In this document: positions 35,401-50,400 of the stretch, piece after piece
Position numbering within the stretch: the first letter of the stretch is position 1
Layout: the number at the start of each line of letters is the position of its first letter
From: Chrysomallon squamiferum
Lineage: Eukaryota > Animalia > Mollusca
NCBI GenBank assembly: GCA_012295275.1
Contig: CM022666.1
Span: 12,462,001-12,526,000 of the forward strand
Length of the DNA stretch: 64,000 bases
Direction of reading: 5' to 3'
The notes under the pieces: generated by a model
What the model saw: the letters and a program-made list of their open reading frames with translations, nothing else
What the model was told of the DNA's origin: nothing
The model's database searches: none
Position numbers and translations under genes: made by a program

Positions 35401-38400
35401 ACTTGAGTAACTGTTGAAGGACTGGTGACCGTAAGTGAACTTTCCTTCAGCTTAAATCCAGGTGACGTTTTTGTCTCACTGGTGGGTTCTTGGGGAGGTT
35501 TAAAGATGGGGGTAGTTGAGAATGTGAAACCTCCAAATTTAGATTCATTTCCACCTGAAACACTAGTTGTGAGAGGTTTACCAGAAAAGGCAAGAGCTGG
35601 TTTTGGTGCGGGTGTAGGAGGAACAAGTTTGTTTGTAGCTGTGGAAGTTGCAGCTTTTATATTCTCAGTTAACTGTTTAAAGAGTTCTTTAAATCTGGAA
35701 GCATGAGCAGGATCATCAAAAGTAAGATTTATAGTTTCATCAATCTTTGAGTCAGGAAGTGTGACTACAAGAGACACTGGCTGAGGAACAAATCCTGCCA
35801 GTAACCTGACAGTTGAAAAATCATGTTTGAATATCACTTCACCATTGTCACCTTCCATTGCAACATAGCCACTGCTTCCAGATGAGAAAATTCTCACATG
35901 TCCAGACATGACTTTTCCTATTTTTGATGTGTATTTTGCCTTTTCATCAAACAGTGCTTTACTCTCTCCTGCTGATATCTTCTGAGTTACAGCTGAAGAA
36001 GAACCTTGCATAGTGAGATCCTGAACTTCAGAGGTGTCAGATTTTGTCTGTGTTTTACACTCACCAGCTGTGGTTGTTTGATTAGAAAAGACAGGACCTG
36101 CTTGAGAAGCATTAGGTTCTGAAAGATTTCCAAAAGTGAAAGGTTTCTGTGTTGGCTGCAATCCAAAAGTGGATGTTGTCATTTGAGGTGCTTGCAGATA
36201 CTGCTGAAGAGAAGTACCTGTGTTCATGGTGTTGCTGTTCCCCATTTGGACCGAAGCGTCAGTTACAACTCCTGTATAGGGAGAAGGCAAACCCTGATTG
36301 TGAACAACAGGCTGCTGCATTGATGAGTGTGGTGTAGAAAAGAAACCAGGTCCTGGCATGTTAGCTGGCAAAGCTGAAGGCTGACCTGAAAACTGAAGAG
36401 ACTGTCCACGAAGCTGAGCAGCAATCAAGCCATTTTGCTGCTGCTGTTGCTGCTGCTGCTGTCGCATTGGTGGTCTGTTCTGTGGTGTATACGTAATAGT
36501 TGAACTGCCCTCAATGCCTGCTCTGTTACCGTAAGGCCATTCCTGCATGCAGCTGCTATCTGGAGGATAATACTGAGTTTCATCTTCAAGTCCCATCTGG
36601 TAGTAACTTCCATCCAAGTAAGGCATATCATCAGGATGACCGTTTGGTCCCATTTCATCTTCTGGCTTTCCTGGGTAGTCTGAATAGCCTCCAAAACCAG
36701 GCCTTATGTTTTGCCGAGGAGGAATTGGAGGGCGGAATGGAGGGATGTTTCCCGGGCTATGCATCTGGCTGTTATATGGTGACCCCCAACCTGCTTGAGG
36801 GTTGAAAGGATACTGTGGGCGATATGGTGATCCACTCATGTAGGGGCTCTGTCCTGGATGTGGATGCAAGAAACCAGATGCCATCAGTGAATTATGATGA
36901 CTGGTGTCGAGTTCATGCTGTCAAAAGTAATGTCAACATTAACAAATTGAAACATTTTCTTTTCTTCAAAATTGCACTTATTACTGATTAAACAGAATTA
37001 TTATTTGTGAAATGCTTTGAATTAATCATACTCTTAAATTTTAGACACAATATTTTGAAACTTGTATTAAAATTAGGTCCACATTATTTTCATCAACCTG
37101 TATTTCTTCATATACCGATCATCTTATTTAGTAACTACTTGTGAATGTTTCCGATGTTTTTAAAACCATTACTTACTTTCAGCTGGTGAATCAGCTCATG
37201 ACTACTTCGTAGCTGTTGAACCATTTCTCTGTTGATGCTGGCCAAATCTTCATTGCGTTCAAGAACCATCTTCAACAGTGTGTCCTGAGAGAAAGACAGT
37301 GAACGCAGCTGAGCTTCTAAACGTTCGGGACTGGGCTGCAAATGGCCAAGTTTTGAGCGATCTGAACTTGGCTTTTGTTTCAGCTGAAATAGAGAATTAA
37401 TGTTAAATATTTGTCAAATGAATACATAAATGACAAACCCCTGGTTTTTGTACAATGATATGAAAGGAAACCCGTGAGTGTAATCCTATTTAAACCAGCA
37501 ACCAGGGATCTGCAAAGTGCCTCTTGTCAAACTGAAGACCTGATAAACAGTCTGATGCTGGGAGTGGTGAACATTTCCAGTGATCCTGTGACATTCATTA
37601 TTATGTTAAAAATATGTAAGCTATATCTTGCATTCAGCCGAGTTTCATATATTTAGTCTCTGAACAATTCACTGTAATAAAAAAAAAAACATCTCAACAA
37701 TAAAATGTAACTGGGTAAGTTAAATAGTTTCAGTATTTGTTTTTAATAAATCAAAAGATGTTCTATACTGATTTGTTTCTGCTACCACAGACCCTGATGA
37801 AACCGGTTATCTACTTGTTTCTTTCCTCCAGTTAACCCATATAAGCACTCACCGAAACATCAGAATACACTTTGACAGGTGATAAAGCTGGCTTGTTTGG
37901 TGACGATGATGATGGACTTGATGTTTCTTGTTCTTCATCTCGGCTATCAGAGGCTGTTTCATATTCACTCACTGACGATTCATCTAGATTCAAATCAATA
38001 TAAACAAGTTAAAAATAAAAACGTTTTTAGGTTAAGCGGTTAATATTAATTGGGAAAAATTATCTATATATGCTGGCCAGGTCTTTACTGCATTCAAGAA
38101 CCATTTTAAACAATGAGACAAAGACTGTGAAATTAAATAGAGAAACTGTGGTTTTTAAGTAATAAGCTCAGAAGTAACAGCTGCTAGTATGTGCATTCTG
38201 ACTTAGCTAAGAAAAATAATATATCTGTAACATCTGTATAAAACATTCTAATTAGAGTGGAAATAATTGTATAAACATCTTACCCATGTTTCTTCTCTGA
38301 AGCTCTGATTCTACATTGTCAACTTCTTCTGATAGACACGTATTCAGTTCCTTTGAAAAAAAAAAAATATTATTTCTGATTATAATTGAGAAAAATTAAA

Positions 38401-41400
38401 AAATTTAAAAATTACAACACAAAGACTAATTTAGAATTATAATAAAACTAAAAATTGAAATAATTCTGTTTTGTAAACTGGCATGTAGAGTAAACAAGTT
38501 AAATGTCTGTGAGATGCGTCTAAATGTTTTATGAATTCTAAAAATTAAATAGTTTAAGAAAGTGAAATTTATGTGGTTTGAACAGGATTTTGGTTTGTTA
38601 TGGTTCTTGTTTAGAAAGATTCAACTCTATAATAAAAGAAATACTGATATTAAACACAAAAAGAAAAACCAGACCTGCAAAGTAAATTAGTTATTTCTCA
38701 GTCACACATGTAACTCCTCCAGACACACACACACACACTAAATTTACATGGTAGATTCACACACATACACAACAGTTAAATCTGCCATTTTAAAACTAGC
38801 TGATAAAAGTAACTTCACTGAATGCTGCACATTATGTTAAAGTGAGACCAAATGGTGTCACTTCTGCTTGTTTAACAAATGTATGTTTTTTGAGAAGACA
38901 TCACTTACTGGGAAAATATATAAATTCTAACAACCACAGTGTTGAACAAACTGTATATGAATTCTAGATTTCTCATGACAAAACATGTTGTTCCGATCAA
39001 AATTAATTCAGTGACAAATCCTGACAATTAGATCTAGTAAAACTTTTTAAATGTTTTGAGATACTTTTAAGGCAATGTGAGACAACATACTAGAAATTTT
39101 AGAATAACTAAAATAAACAAGTGCAATGGATAGTAAATGATAATTCTATGAACCCTAAATGCAAGAATTCTATCTGTTCCAAGTTTATCTTTTGCTACAG
39201 CCATGGAAACCAACAGATTTTTCAGCTATAAAATACGTTACAGAGGAACAGATTTTCTGAAGAAATGTACATTGTGTATATGCTGACAAAACTGTAGAGA
39301 TATTTTGACAATGTTTTTTAATTATTTAGATTTTTTTATGTATTTTTTTTATATTATGTTCTTTTAATCAATCCACCTTTATAAAGTGAAAACTATCAAA
39401 AATATCACCAAAATCCCTCTACTGTAATGTCACAAGACACTAATTTACAAGTGTTCCAACTTTTATTAGAACTGAATAGACAGTTACCGAGCAATTTTGA
39501 CATCAGTGTCGCATGCAGAATGAAAATCGGAAAATGAGAAAACCGCAAACATAAGGAGAAACATAGTTAAAAACTATTATTTATTTCTCAGATTTTGTTA
39601 ACTTCACACACTCAGCAAGTCACTCAGCAACACATACACAAATGTTTCCTGTTTAAACTATGTTCATGTTTTATTAAGGAAAACAAAATGATTTGATGCT
39701 AAAGAAACCAAAGTAAACTGACATGTAGAATTATCTGTCTTAAAGGATAATAAGTAATAATAGTTACATGATCTTTTTTGTCTCGAAGCAGGTCCATGGT
39801 GTGATAGAGAGAGTCCCGAGCCAGATTGAGAAGTATTGCTGACTGTTCTCTGGATTCCTTTGTTCCTTTTGTTTCTTCGTCTTTAGCAAGCCTTTTGTAA
39901 ATCTGAAGAAATACACACTTTACTGCATCTCTAATATAATTTTTTAGTACTAGCAATGCGAATAAAACAGTTTTCTGATTAGAGAATTGGTAATTTAATA
40001 TGACACTGGATTTATTTAACTTAAAATATTCCTTTGTTAAGATAAACGGATAGTTTAAGATTATAGAGGGTCCAACATCAATATTGTTACTGATTGTACC
40101 AGTCAAAAAAAAAAAAAAAGCTAGGAATTAGTCATGTATAAAACTATATCATAACTTCTCCTGTAAAGTGATAAAATGCTGGCTTTTAAATAGTTTTAAT
40201 ATTATTTCATAATAGGTCACTGAAACAGTAAAATAGTAACTTGGAAGTATTATTTTATTAAACCATTTATTTGTACTAGCACAGGTAGACCTTACTGTGG
40301 ATTTTCGGAATCCAAAAGGTAGTAAGGATGTTAAATGCTATTCAAGTGTAATACCCAATGCATTACAATTTTATTAAAGATTTAACAGAAACAGAAAAAA
40401 TACAAAGATTGGGTTGTTAATATTAAGCACAAATGTTCTTAAAATGATAATTAATGAACTGTACAAGCCTTTTCAGAAACAAAGAAAGGAGATAAAATTA
40501 TGTAAACATTTTCTGTTCTCACTTCTGCTGTGTGAAATGATGCCCATGGATTTGACAGATTCTTGAAACATTTTATGGCTGTCTCGTATTCCTTGTTATT
40601 CATAGCAACAAGTCCTAGAGAGAAACTGGCTTCTTCCTTCAACTCCTCAATGACTTTTAAGTCTTCCATCACATTGCAGTCAAACTCCCGGTCAGCCTCC
40701 ACTACGAACAGTCGCATTTTGGGAACAGGCAATGTCTGATTTCTGAACGTAAGAGCAAAAATGTAATTACACAAGCAGGGTCAGAATATATCCTAGACAC
40801 CTAAGATGCTATAATAACAGATATTATAAATTAATATGCAGACTAGAAGTACAAATGCTTAATAATATCCAAACAGAAAAAATTATATTGGTTACGTAAC
40901 ACACTGTTATATGAATTAAGTAATAATTGCAACATTTTTTTTTTTAAATCAAAAGAACAAATACAGGTAAATGATATCTGAAATGTTTTAGGAAATTTAA
41001 AACCAGATCAACAGGGAAACAAAAATATTCTGTCACATTTCTGTAACAGATTTGTTTAAAGTTAATAAAGGAACAACTAAAAAGCAAATATAAGTATGCT
41101 AAAGTATTTACCTACATAATATTTTTCAAAAATTTCAATTAATTAATGTCTTAAAAATAAGAAGATATTTCAGTCATATATTGGGAAAAACGGTAAGACT
41201 TTTTAGGATATTTCTTAAATTTTTCAAAGATTTTCAAGGAGGACTTTTAAATTTAAAGCAATTCTGAGACATATCTGATTCTTACTTCTGTAATCGTTCC
41301 AGCTGCTGAAGAACATTCTTCCAGTAAAAAGCAGCCCTCTCTGTGACACAGTGGATGTGATCAGAACCACCTCTACCTTCATTTTCCAACTTCATCATGT

Positions 41401-44400
41401 CACTGGCCTGAAATTTCAAACATTATTCACTATTTCATCTCTCTCTCAGATTTGTCACTTACTGTTTAATCTTACAGGGAAAAAAATCTACAAACTGCAT
41501 GCAATTTGTATATTTCTTACCACAAAAAATATTATTTTGACTAAAATTATTTTCAATGACAAATTGTGAAAATTAAATCCTGTCAACTTTCTGAATATTC
41601 CTGATCCTTTTAAGTTGTATGTAACAAATGAAATTCCACCAAGTGAAAATGTCATTTTAAATGTCTAAATGAAATGTTAAATGTCAAATTTACTGTTTTT
41701 CTTTGAGACAACAAACTTTTAAAATTTCCAATGTCTACATGTTATTATCTACACACATTTGCAAAAATACTCTTAGTCTTACATTTTATTTCAGTGATTC
41801 AGTTCAAAAATTAAAGTAATTCTAACTGTATCCTTATATTCTTTACATATATGTATCTATTTAAAAAAAAAAAGATTAAAAAAATGGAAAAAGAAAATAT
41901 ACCATCATGTTTATAACTAAATCTCCAGTATGTTTCTTTAATATCTTTTTTTTTTCTTGGTCTCCATATTATTTTTTTAAACACAAGGAAGGAAAGGGCA
42001 CTTACTCGTCTGTCAAAAGATCTTGCCAGATTTACAATCATTCTTGTAGACATCCCATGATTTCCCACCAGTCTCACAGTCTCAATCCCTCTCATCAGGG
42101 TGTGTCGCATCATGGAGAAGTTTTCCCTGCAATATTTACACCATTACAAACTTGTCATATTTAAAACTCTTCAAATGGACTGCTTTTTTTTTTTTTTCAG
42201 TGTTTATCATATTATTACATAACATACACACACCAAAAAAAGCGCGAACTGCTTATATTGTCTCAAATGAAAATCATTCATTATTCATGAATTTCAAATT
42301 GAGTCCTTTATATACTGACACACCTCTTACAATTAATTCTAAACAAATTTTACTGTTAAATAATAATAACAAATTTTAAAATTTGTTCTATAAATGCATA
42401 AATTGTAAAAAAAAAAAAAAAAAAAAATTGTTTATAATATGTTAAAAAAGTATATAACATAAACTAAAAAATAATTACTGTATATACTTGTGTACAAGGC
42501 GACCTTATGTATAAGTCGATGTGTATTTTAAGACCAAAAATTACGTCATTTTAGGTATTACTTGTGTATAAGTCGACTGTAGATTCCAGGCACCGTCACT
42601 ATTTTTAGACCAGTGTGACAGTGCCATGAAGGCCTACATTGTACGCCTACTGTAACATAACTTGCATGAGCTGTAACTTGCACGAACATACCATAATAAC
42701 GTAAATGCATGTATTACACGAGCTATAGCCTAAATGTATCATAAATAGTATCTCTTTAATGTAATAGGTCTAACATGGAGACCTAACTTACCGTTATATT
42801 TAGCCGTTCTATGATTTCACGATTGCAATATTATTTCACCAAATTCTTTACAATTATACAAGTGAGTTTTGTTTATGAAATTAGGACCGATATTTAGTGC
42901 AATTTGGCAGAGAAGTCTGCATTCCTAGATAACTGCAAGACGCCGTAAGGCATAATGCCGTACTGACGGTTTTCTCGCTTTAAAATGTATTTTTATGTCA
43001 TTAAACGGAAGAATATCATGTTTTACATTCATATTTGGTTTTGTCATTTAATGTTTCAAATTTTTTATACGATAAAATTATATTTTTGAAAAGCTGAAAG
43101 ACCGCGATTATTTTAGATGCATCCCGTAGCAAAAAATATAAGTCAACCCCCCAAATATTATCTTAATATAGTCTCCCAAAAATTCGACTTATACACAAGT
43201 ATATACGGTAAGTAACATTATACATTATAAAATGGCAATAAAATACTGTACATAAAAATTACCTAACTGTGTTGGTATAGAACATGTATGCAGCTTCCCA
43301 CCACTCTGCTTGCTCCCGACTGCACAGAAGTTTACACAGACATGACGGAAGAAGCCACGGTTCTTCTGCATCACAGTGACCAAGTTTGTGACGTTGTTGT
43401 TGGTAATACGCAGAACAACGCACTGATGCATACAGGAAACTCTGCAATATATGACAAATTTGAGAAATTTTGAAATAGTAGTATTAATATACAAGTTCAT
43501 AGAAAATTGTGATTGTTAGAATTTAGGTTTCGTTTTGATTACAAGATTAAACAATAAATGATAAATCTGTGAATGAGATGAAATTGTGAATAATACAAAA
43601 GTGAAGAAGCATTGTTATTCAACGAAACAGTGAGAAAATTCTGGACTTTCTAGATACCACTAATGGAAATGGTAAGTTATACTGAATGTGTTTCAGCAGT
43701 AGTAGTATAATGTTACTAGTTGAGATATAGGACAAGTTGTGTTAGTAACTTTGAAAATAACAGTAGAAATAATAGTAATGATGGTGATGTATTTAACAGG
43801 GCTGTAGTAGCAACAAAAGTACTGGTGCTATATATATTGTAAAAAGTTGTAATAGCTGTAGAAAGTGCTGTTCTAGCAGTGATAATTGTAATAGCAACAA
43901 CAATAATGATAATATAGTAATTGTTCCCATTTGATTGTTTATGAAGTATAATATTAAAATAAAAAACATTATAGATGTATTTTGTATCTGGCCTATATAC
44001 TGCCTCCAGTATAAATGATATAAAATAATCAGTAAAAAAACACTTAAATTTTAATTTATTAAATAATAATAATAATAAAGAAAGAAAGAAAGAAAGAAAA
44101 AAAAACAAAAAAAGGATTAAAAAGAAGCTTGACTAACCTCGATGTCCAGCTGGCACAGAGATTCTGGAGAGCCACTGTCCATAGAATGGACACTGAACTT
44201 CAACTTCTTGAATATTGGAAATCCATCTAAAACCAAACAACAGGTTGTTTACAAATAACAAATTTGTGATTATTGAAGCAGTACTAAACATTAAAACAAA
44301 AGTAACACATACACACACTTTAAAACAGAGTATAAAACTGATTTTGGATTCTGCTCGCTACAACACAGATGCTAGTAAAGTAAAGTTATTTTGTTCAATA

Positions 44401-47400
44401 TTCTGCAAAACAGGTTGATCACTGTAAACAAAACTTTCAAATAATGGCTGAATTTTATTCATACTGTTATAGACTGATCAAATAAATAAATAAATAAATA
44501 AATAAATAAATATCGCTTGGTTGGTACATATTCTTCCTACTCATTTGTTCTTCAATTTAATTATACCTGAAATTTTTAAAATTACAATAGAACTGTTAAA
44601 TTCATTGTTCTATTAATACTGCAGAAGTTTTGCTGTCATCCAGGAAACAAGTAAGCAAGAAAGATTTTTATGAATATGACTCAATAATAAATTTACCACA
44701 GTGAAGGTAACTGATGACAAATACCACTCATTCAGACCAACCTATCTCATTTGAAATTAACTTCTATACAAAGCCAAGATTTTACTTCATTCCACTAATT
44801 TCAATCAAGAAACAAGCTTCAGTTGTAGCTTTAACATTTCACAGAACTATCATTTAAATACTAAACTTCATTTTTCACTGATTTCCATTCCCCATAATTA
44901 AGAAATATTTAAACAACAGATATAAAATACTGCATAAGATGACTTGATTTTGGTGAATTTAACATATAAAGATGTAAGTGTTTATTGAACAGACATACAA
45001 CTTACAGCTGGGTTGAGGAGCATCATTTATGGATGGATACCAGTTTAAAGCAATCCAGGTCAGCTCTGTTAGTTTTTCTGGCTGCAGCAGACATGCCTCT
45101 GTAAATTTAAATTTAAAACAAATATTTATGAACAGTTCAAAGGTTACAGTTTCATTTTAACAGTTATAAGGAAAGAACTTTGATCTTAAAGATAAACCTG
45201 ATATTATTTCATACATTAATATTTAAGAGCAGGGATTAACAAGAACTAAATATCTACAATTTATGTTGTGGTGAAACAACATATCACTGTATCAACAATA
45301 GTAGTTACTAAAAACACTATTTTTGTAACCTCTTAATGTTAATCATCAATTTGCTATATTCAGATAATCATCATTTTCCAATTAAAAAAAAAAGTGTATT
45401 TATTCAAACATTTATGCTGTACAAATTATTTACCTTTGTCAAATCGTATCAGCTGAGCAGCAAGAGGCACACTAAGGGTGGTGTCATCAAAGGATTTGCT
45501 TTGCATCAGGAAGGATTTATCCTTCTTTGACCTCTGTTCTCTCAGAGTAAACAAAATGTCATAAAGTTTGTCTTTGCCCTGCATAGCATGGAATGTCTGA
45601 CAGGTGATTTCTGCCCAGTCTGGTTTGGCTGCAGATAATTTTTTCAGTAGATGACCTGGAAAAAAAATACAAAAAAAAAATTTGTTATGGAAAACATAAA
45701 AAACAAAATGCTTTACAGAATAGTAAATATTTCTTACTGGCTAAAGTATTTTACCATTTTTGCCATAAAAAAACAAAATAAATAAAAAATGCATCCAAGT
45801 CATAAATTCCAATTTATAATTATATTCTTTCAAGATTTTACTTAACCTGATGCAAGTAACTTTTTCTGAATATTACCTCCTTGACTTCGCCTGAAGTTGC
45901 TCAGTTTATGCAAGTAATCAAACAGTTTGGCCTGTTCTGACTTGGAGATCTTAACAAAGAGTCTTGACTGTGGGTCCTGGGTCTTGAATGTCTCACTGAC
46001 CATGTAACACATTCCAGCCAAAGGTTTTACATCTTTCCATGACTGTTGTCCCTGATATTACAAAAAACATGCAGATGTTATGGAATTTCAGAAAAAGTTA
46101 ACATAAGTAATGTAGTCACATAAAAGATTTGACATATATTCATTACCTTGCATTTATAATTTATATATGACATAATTATATTTACATCAAAGATTTGTTA
46201 CCATTAGTATACGTGATTTAACAATATAGTTAAAGTTAGCAGGTGAATTTTGTCCAATATATCTGCTCACTCAGTTTTAAATATTTTTTTATCAGACTTA
46301 GTAATATTCAATTTCAGAATATTTCACTTTTTTGCAGCAGTTACAAAAAGCTATAATAAAGTAACATTACAAAAATGCAGTTATTTTCTTTTGAAAAATA
46401 AAACACCCATAACAGTTACCTTTTGTGCTCTCTTTAACAGAAGAGTTCCCGCAAGAAAGAAAATCTGTCCTTGTATTTCCTCCAAAAATGCCAGCCACTC
46501 TTCAGTTAGACCAGTGATGTTTATGGCTTCCTGCAGTGTCTGATCCAATCTGTCAAAACATCATTTTTCTTTGAGACAAGTTTATAAACACCATTACATT
46601 TTTCATTAATTGTTTATACTACAAAAATGAAATTTGTTAAAATAATAAATAATTTAGCAAATGCACAAGTTATGCTTTCCTAATTGTGAGAAAATGCATG
46701 TAAAGGTTCCTTTGCTGATAATGCAGTGGTATACAGAAGGGTGATTCCTCTCTCATAAAAAACTTTACACAAAAAACCCCACATACAAAGAAATTTAAAA
46801 AAATATAATAAAAATAAAAATAAAAATAAAAATCCCATTCCACATTATCTAATAACCTTTAATGTTTTCATTTGGTGATACAAAGAAATTGTATAAATAT
46901 AATCTAAATATTTCCAAATGATGATTTATCAAGTTGTTTTTGTGTGTATGCGTATGTGTGTCTGTCTCTCTGTGTGTGTGTGTGTGTGCATGTGCATGCA
47001 TAACGTGTTATACTAATTACTAATGAAATTTGACAAAACAGAATTATAGCTAAAAATTAACTGGGTACATTTTTTTTGTAGCTGTGATGTCATCACATCA
47101 TGTAAAGATTAATTTCAAAGTCATTTATCTGGATCATCATAGAAACACTTGTGGTTAATGAAATATTCAATCGTATGGTTAGTGTACTTACACATGTAAC
47201 ATTTCCACAGCAGAAACAGGTTCCCTGCAGCACATTCGGAGGTAAACAACTCGGCTGAGAGCAAACAGATTCTGCATGTAGAAACTGATATTCCCAGCAC
47301 AGCCCTTTTCATTTCTATACACCTAGTAAAATATTAATAACATATATTTATGTGTGAGTATGTATGTATGTATATATAGAGACAGACAAATAAATTATTC

Positions 47401-50400
47401 CTTAACATACATAAACAAATAATAACGATAACAATAATAATAATAATGATCAGTAGCAAGATATATATTAAGTTAGTTTCTGAACATGTTTTGACTCCCA
47501 TTTCTTGCATGTTACAACTGATAACAACAGTACAAATTAATTTTAAATGTAAGAGCTAGCTCTGATGAATTATTATTATGTGTACCATGAAAATATGTCA
47601 TTAAATGTGTCCTTATACCATCAGTGACTGTGTATGTCATATGACTGCACAGTGAACTGGTAACATGTAGGTAGTGATGTAATAATATATACCAGACATT
47701 TATCAGTGAATGTTTGTCACAATTACAAAGTGGTACTCTATATAGATGTAATACACAAATATATAAGTGATATATAGATGATAACTGCCAGTGGATGTGT
47801 ATATAGTTATAATATACTGGTACAGAAGTAATAAATATCAATATTTATACAGATATAATCTACAGATACAGAAGTAATATACAGATGGTAAATGCCAGTG
47901 AATGTCTATATAGATATAAATATTCAGATATAGAATTTACCTGATAAATGTCAGTGAGTGCCTCATACCAGTCCACACTGTTTACAAACATCATTTTGTT
48001 GTCACTTTCAACTGCTGTGTTGTAAGCGTTTTCAAATCGTCCAGTTTTCAGATATAGACGAAGAAGTTTCACTCTGAGATTCACATCTAATGGACGATTA
48101 GCCTAAAGTTGAAAATAGAAAAAAAATAAAAAATAAAAATACAAAGTCTGAAAATAGAACAAAAAAGATCTAATAAATCAATGTTTAAACATAGAAAAAG
48201 AACAATAAAAAATACAGACTGAAAACAGAGTAAAAATGAAGAAGAAATGAAATTTACACAAAGAACATGGAAAATCATACACAACCAAAGTTTAAACAAA
48301 AATAATAATAATAATAGTAATATGTAATTAAAGTTTAATTAAAACAAACACCAAGCACTACCAAAAACAAAACAATGTCATAAAACACATTAAATATTTT
48401 TAGCAAAACTAAAACTGAAATAGTGAATGAAAAGGTTTTACATTCACCATAAACATTTATATTTGAGGTTATTAAGTTTGTTTTAAACCATACTAGATAC
48501 AAGAACAGATATACTCACAATTTCTGAAACAAGAAGATTTTCAAGATCTCTGGTATCACCATCAGACTTCATCTCCACAATGATTTGCTTTAAAAAAAAA
48601 AGAATTATAATAATAATTCAGACATATGTTACTTATAATGATTATACATGTATAAAATATACACACTAAAAGAATAAAGACATTTTCTTACATTTTAATA
48701 GGTAACAAAAAGTACATCTGGACCTATTTTTGTTGCCAAGTTGTACAATTATTTAACATGATAGTGATGTAACTGTAATGACATATTGAAATCTGGCCAT
48801 TAAGGAAACTTGGCTCAACCAACACCAAGTTACTGCTTTCTCCCCGCCACACCTCAGATACCCACCTTTAGTTTAAACACAGCCTCACTGCTTGGAAAGA
48901 GACGTTCAGCTTTCTCCAACCAAAACTGAAAAACATATTATTTTTTTTTATATCGAATTACTTTTCTGAAAGTAAAATACTGCATTCAACTATTTATAAA
49001 ATTGTGCTTTGTATTCACAAAAACTCTGCATAAAAAGAAATTGCTTCATTTCTGAAATCAAAATGAAATAAATTATTTATTTTGAAAATGTTTGAAAAGC
49101 TATATAGAAAATGTGCATAGGCAACAAGTTGTGTACTTTTGATTTTTGTGAAAAGAAAATTGGAAAACCAATTTTTAATTTTAAAAAAAATAAAATTCTC
49201 TGAATATTTCATTAGTAAATTTTGATTTAAACAGAGATAAATTAACACTGTCAGTTACACTATAATGCAGTGAAGTATTTGAAATAGTGATGGGTCTGAT
49301 GAAAGCGTTACCAACCGTGGCTCTTCCTGGATCAATATTTGTCTGGGTACACAACTCACAAACTGAAATGAAGAAAAGCAATGGCTTCGTCATAGTTTAT
49401 CTGGGGGTTTTTACACAGTGTAAAACACACTCAAACAGGTTCACAAAAAAAACCCCAAGAAAGTTAGGACATCTTTGTTATTATTGCCATCTTATATTAC
49501 TTAATGATTTACATGCGAGTAGATTAAGAAATACAAGCTAAACTATTTGGGTATAAAATAGTGAGTAATCATATCTGAAAATAAACTATAAGTTTGTCCA
49601 AACAAGGTACACAGGATTTATTTATACTAATTTAAATACAACAGATAAAATTTAGAAATGTTTTTGGCAATCTTAAATTTAACTCTCAGAGACAGATTCA
49701 TAAAATTATTTCTTCGTGAAAAATATAAAATCAGTCCTGGTATGTCACAGGTATTTTAAATCAATACCTGGCCTCTCTTATTTCAGTTATTTGAAAAAGA
49801 AACAATGGGACACTATATATGTTTCAATATATACACAGATCTATGTTCAGTGATATTTTGTAATATGTAAATGTTTTGTGCAAAGTTCTGCTGCTTACTT
49901 TTCAACACCAAATCTTTCTGTGAATTGTCCAGATCATAGGATCTAAAAATAAATTAAAAATTACTTCAAGGAAAGGGTTAACTATAATTTATAAGAATAA
50001 AGCTGTGATCTAGCATAAATAATAATTTTTTAAAAAGTCTGGCAAATTAAAGCACAACAAATTACTGTTGTTTAAACAAATCAGCAATTCATACTATGTT
50101 GTCAATCTACCCAGTATAATAAACCTTTCAAAAGTTTCTCACATAACCACAACATCAGTAAAAGTTTGTTCATTAACATATCAGTTACCATGCAACCAGC
50201 TTCGCCATCCTAAAACTTTTCATATAATTTCTCTATCCACATTTTGACTTTATAAAATTTTCATGATTACTGTTAATCAAAATTATTAAAAAAACGCACA
50301 AAGTTCTCTAATTACAATGTTTTTTGTTAAAGGAATGTGGAAAATCTTTTTAATTTTCTAGGTAAACTTTTTAAAAAAAGAGTAATAAGATCATATTTTT

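Noticed and set aside
33183-36884. 1233-aa ORF as a standalone intronless gene or retrocopy
   Set aside because: It is the giant internal exon (36917-33224) of RanBP2, with in-phase splice sites on both sides.
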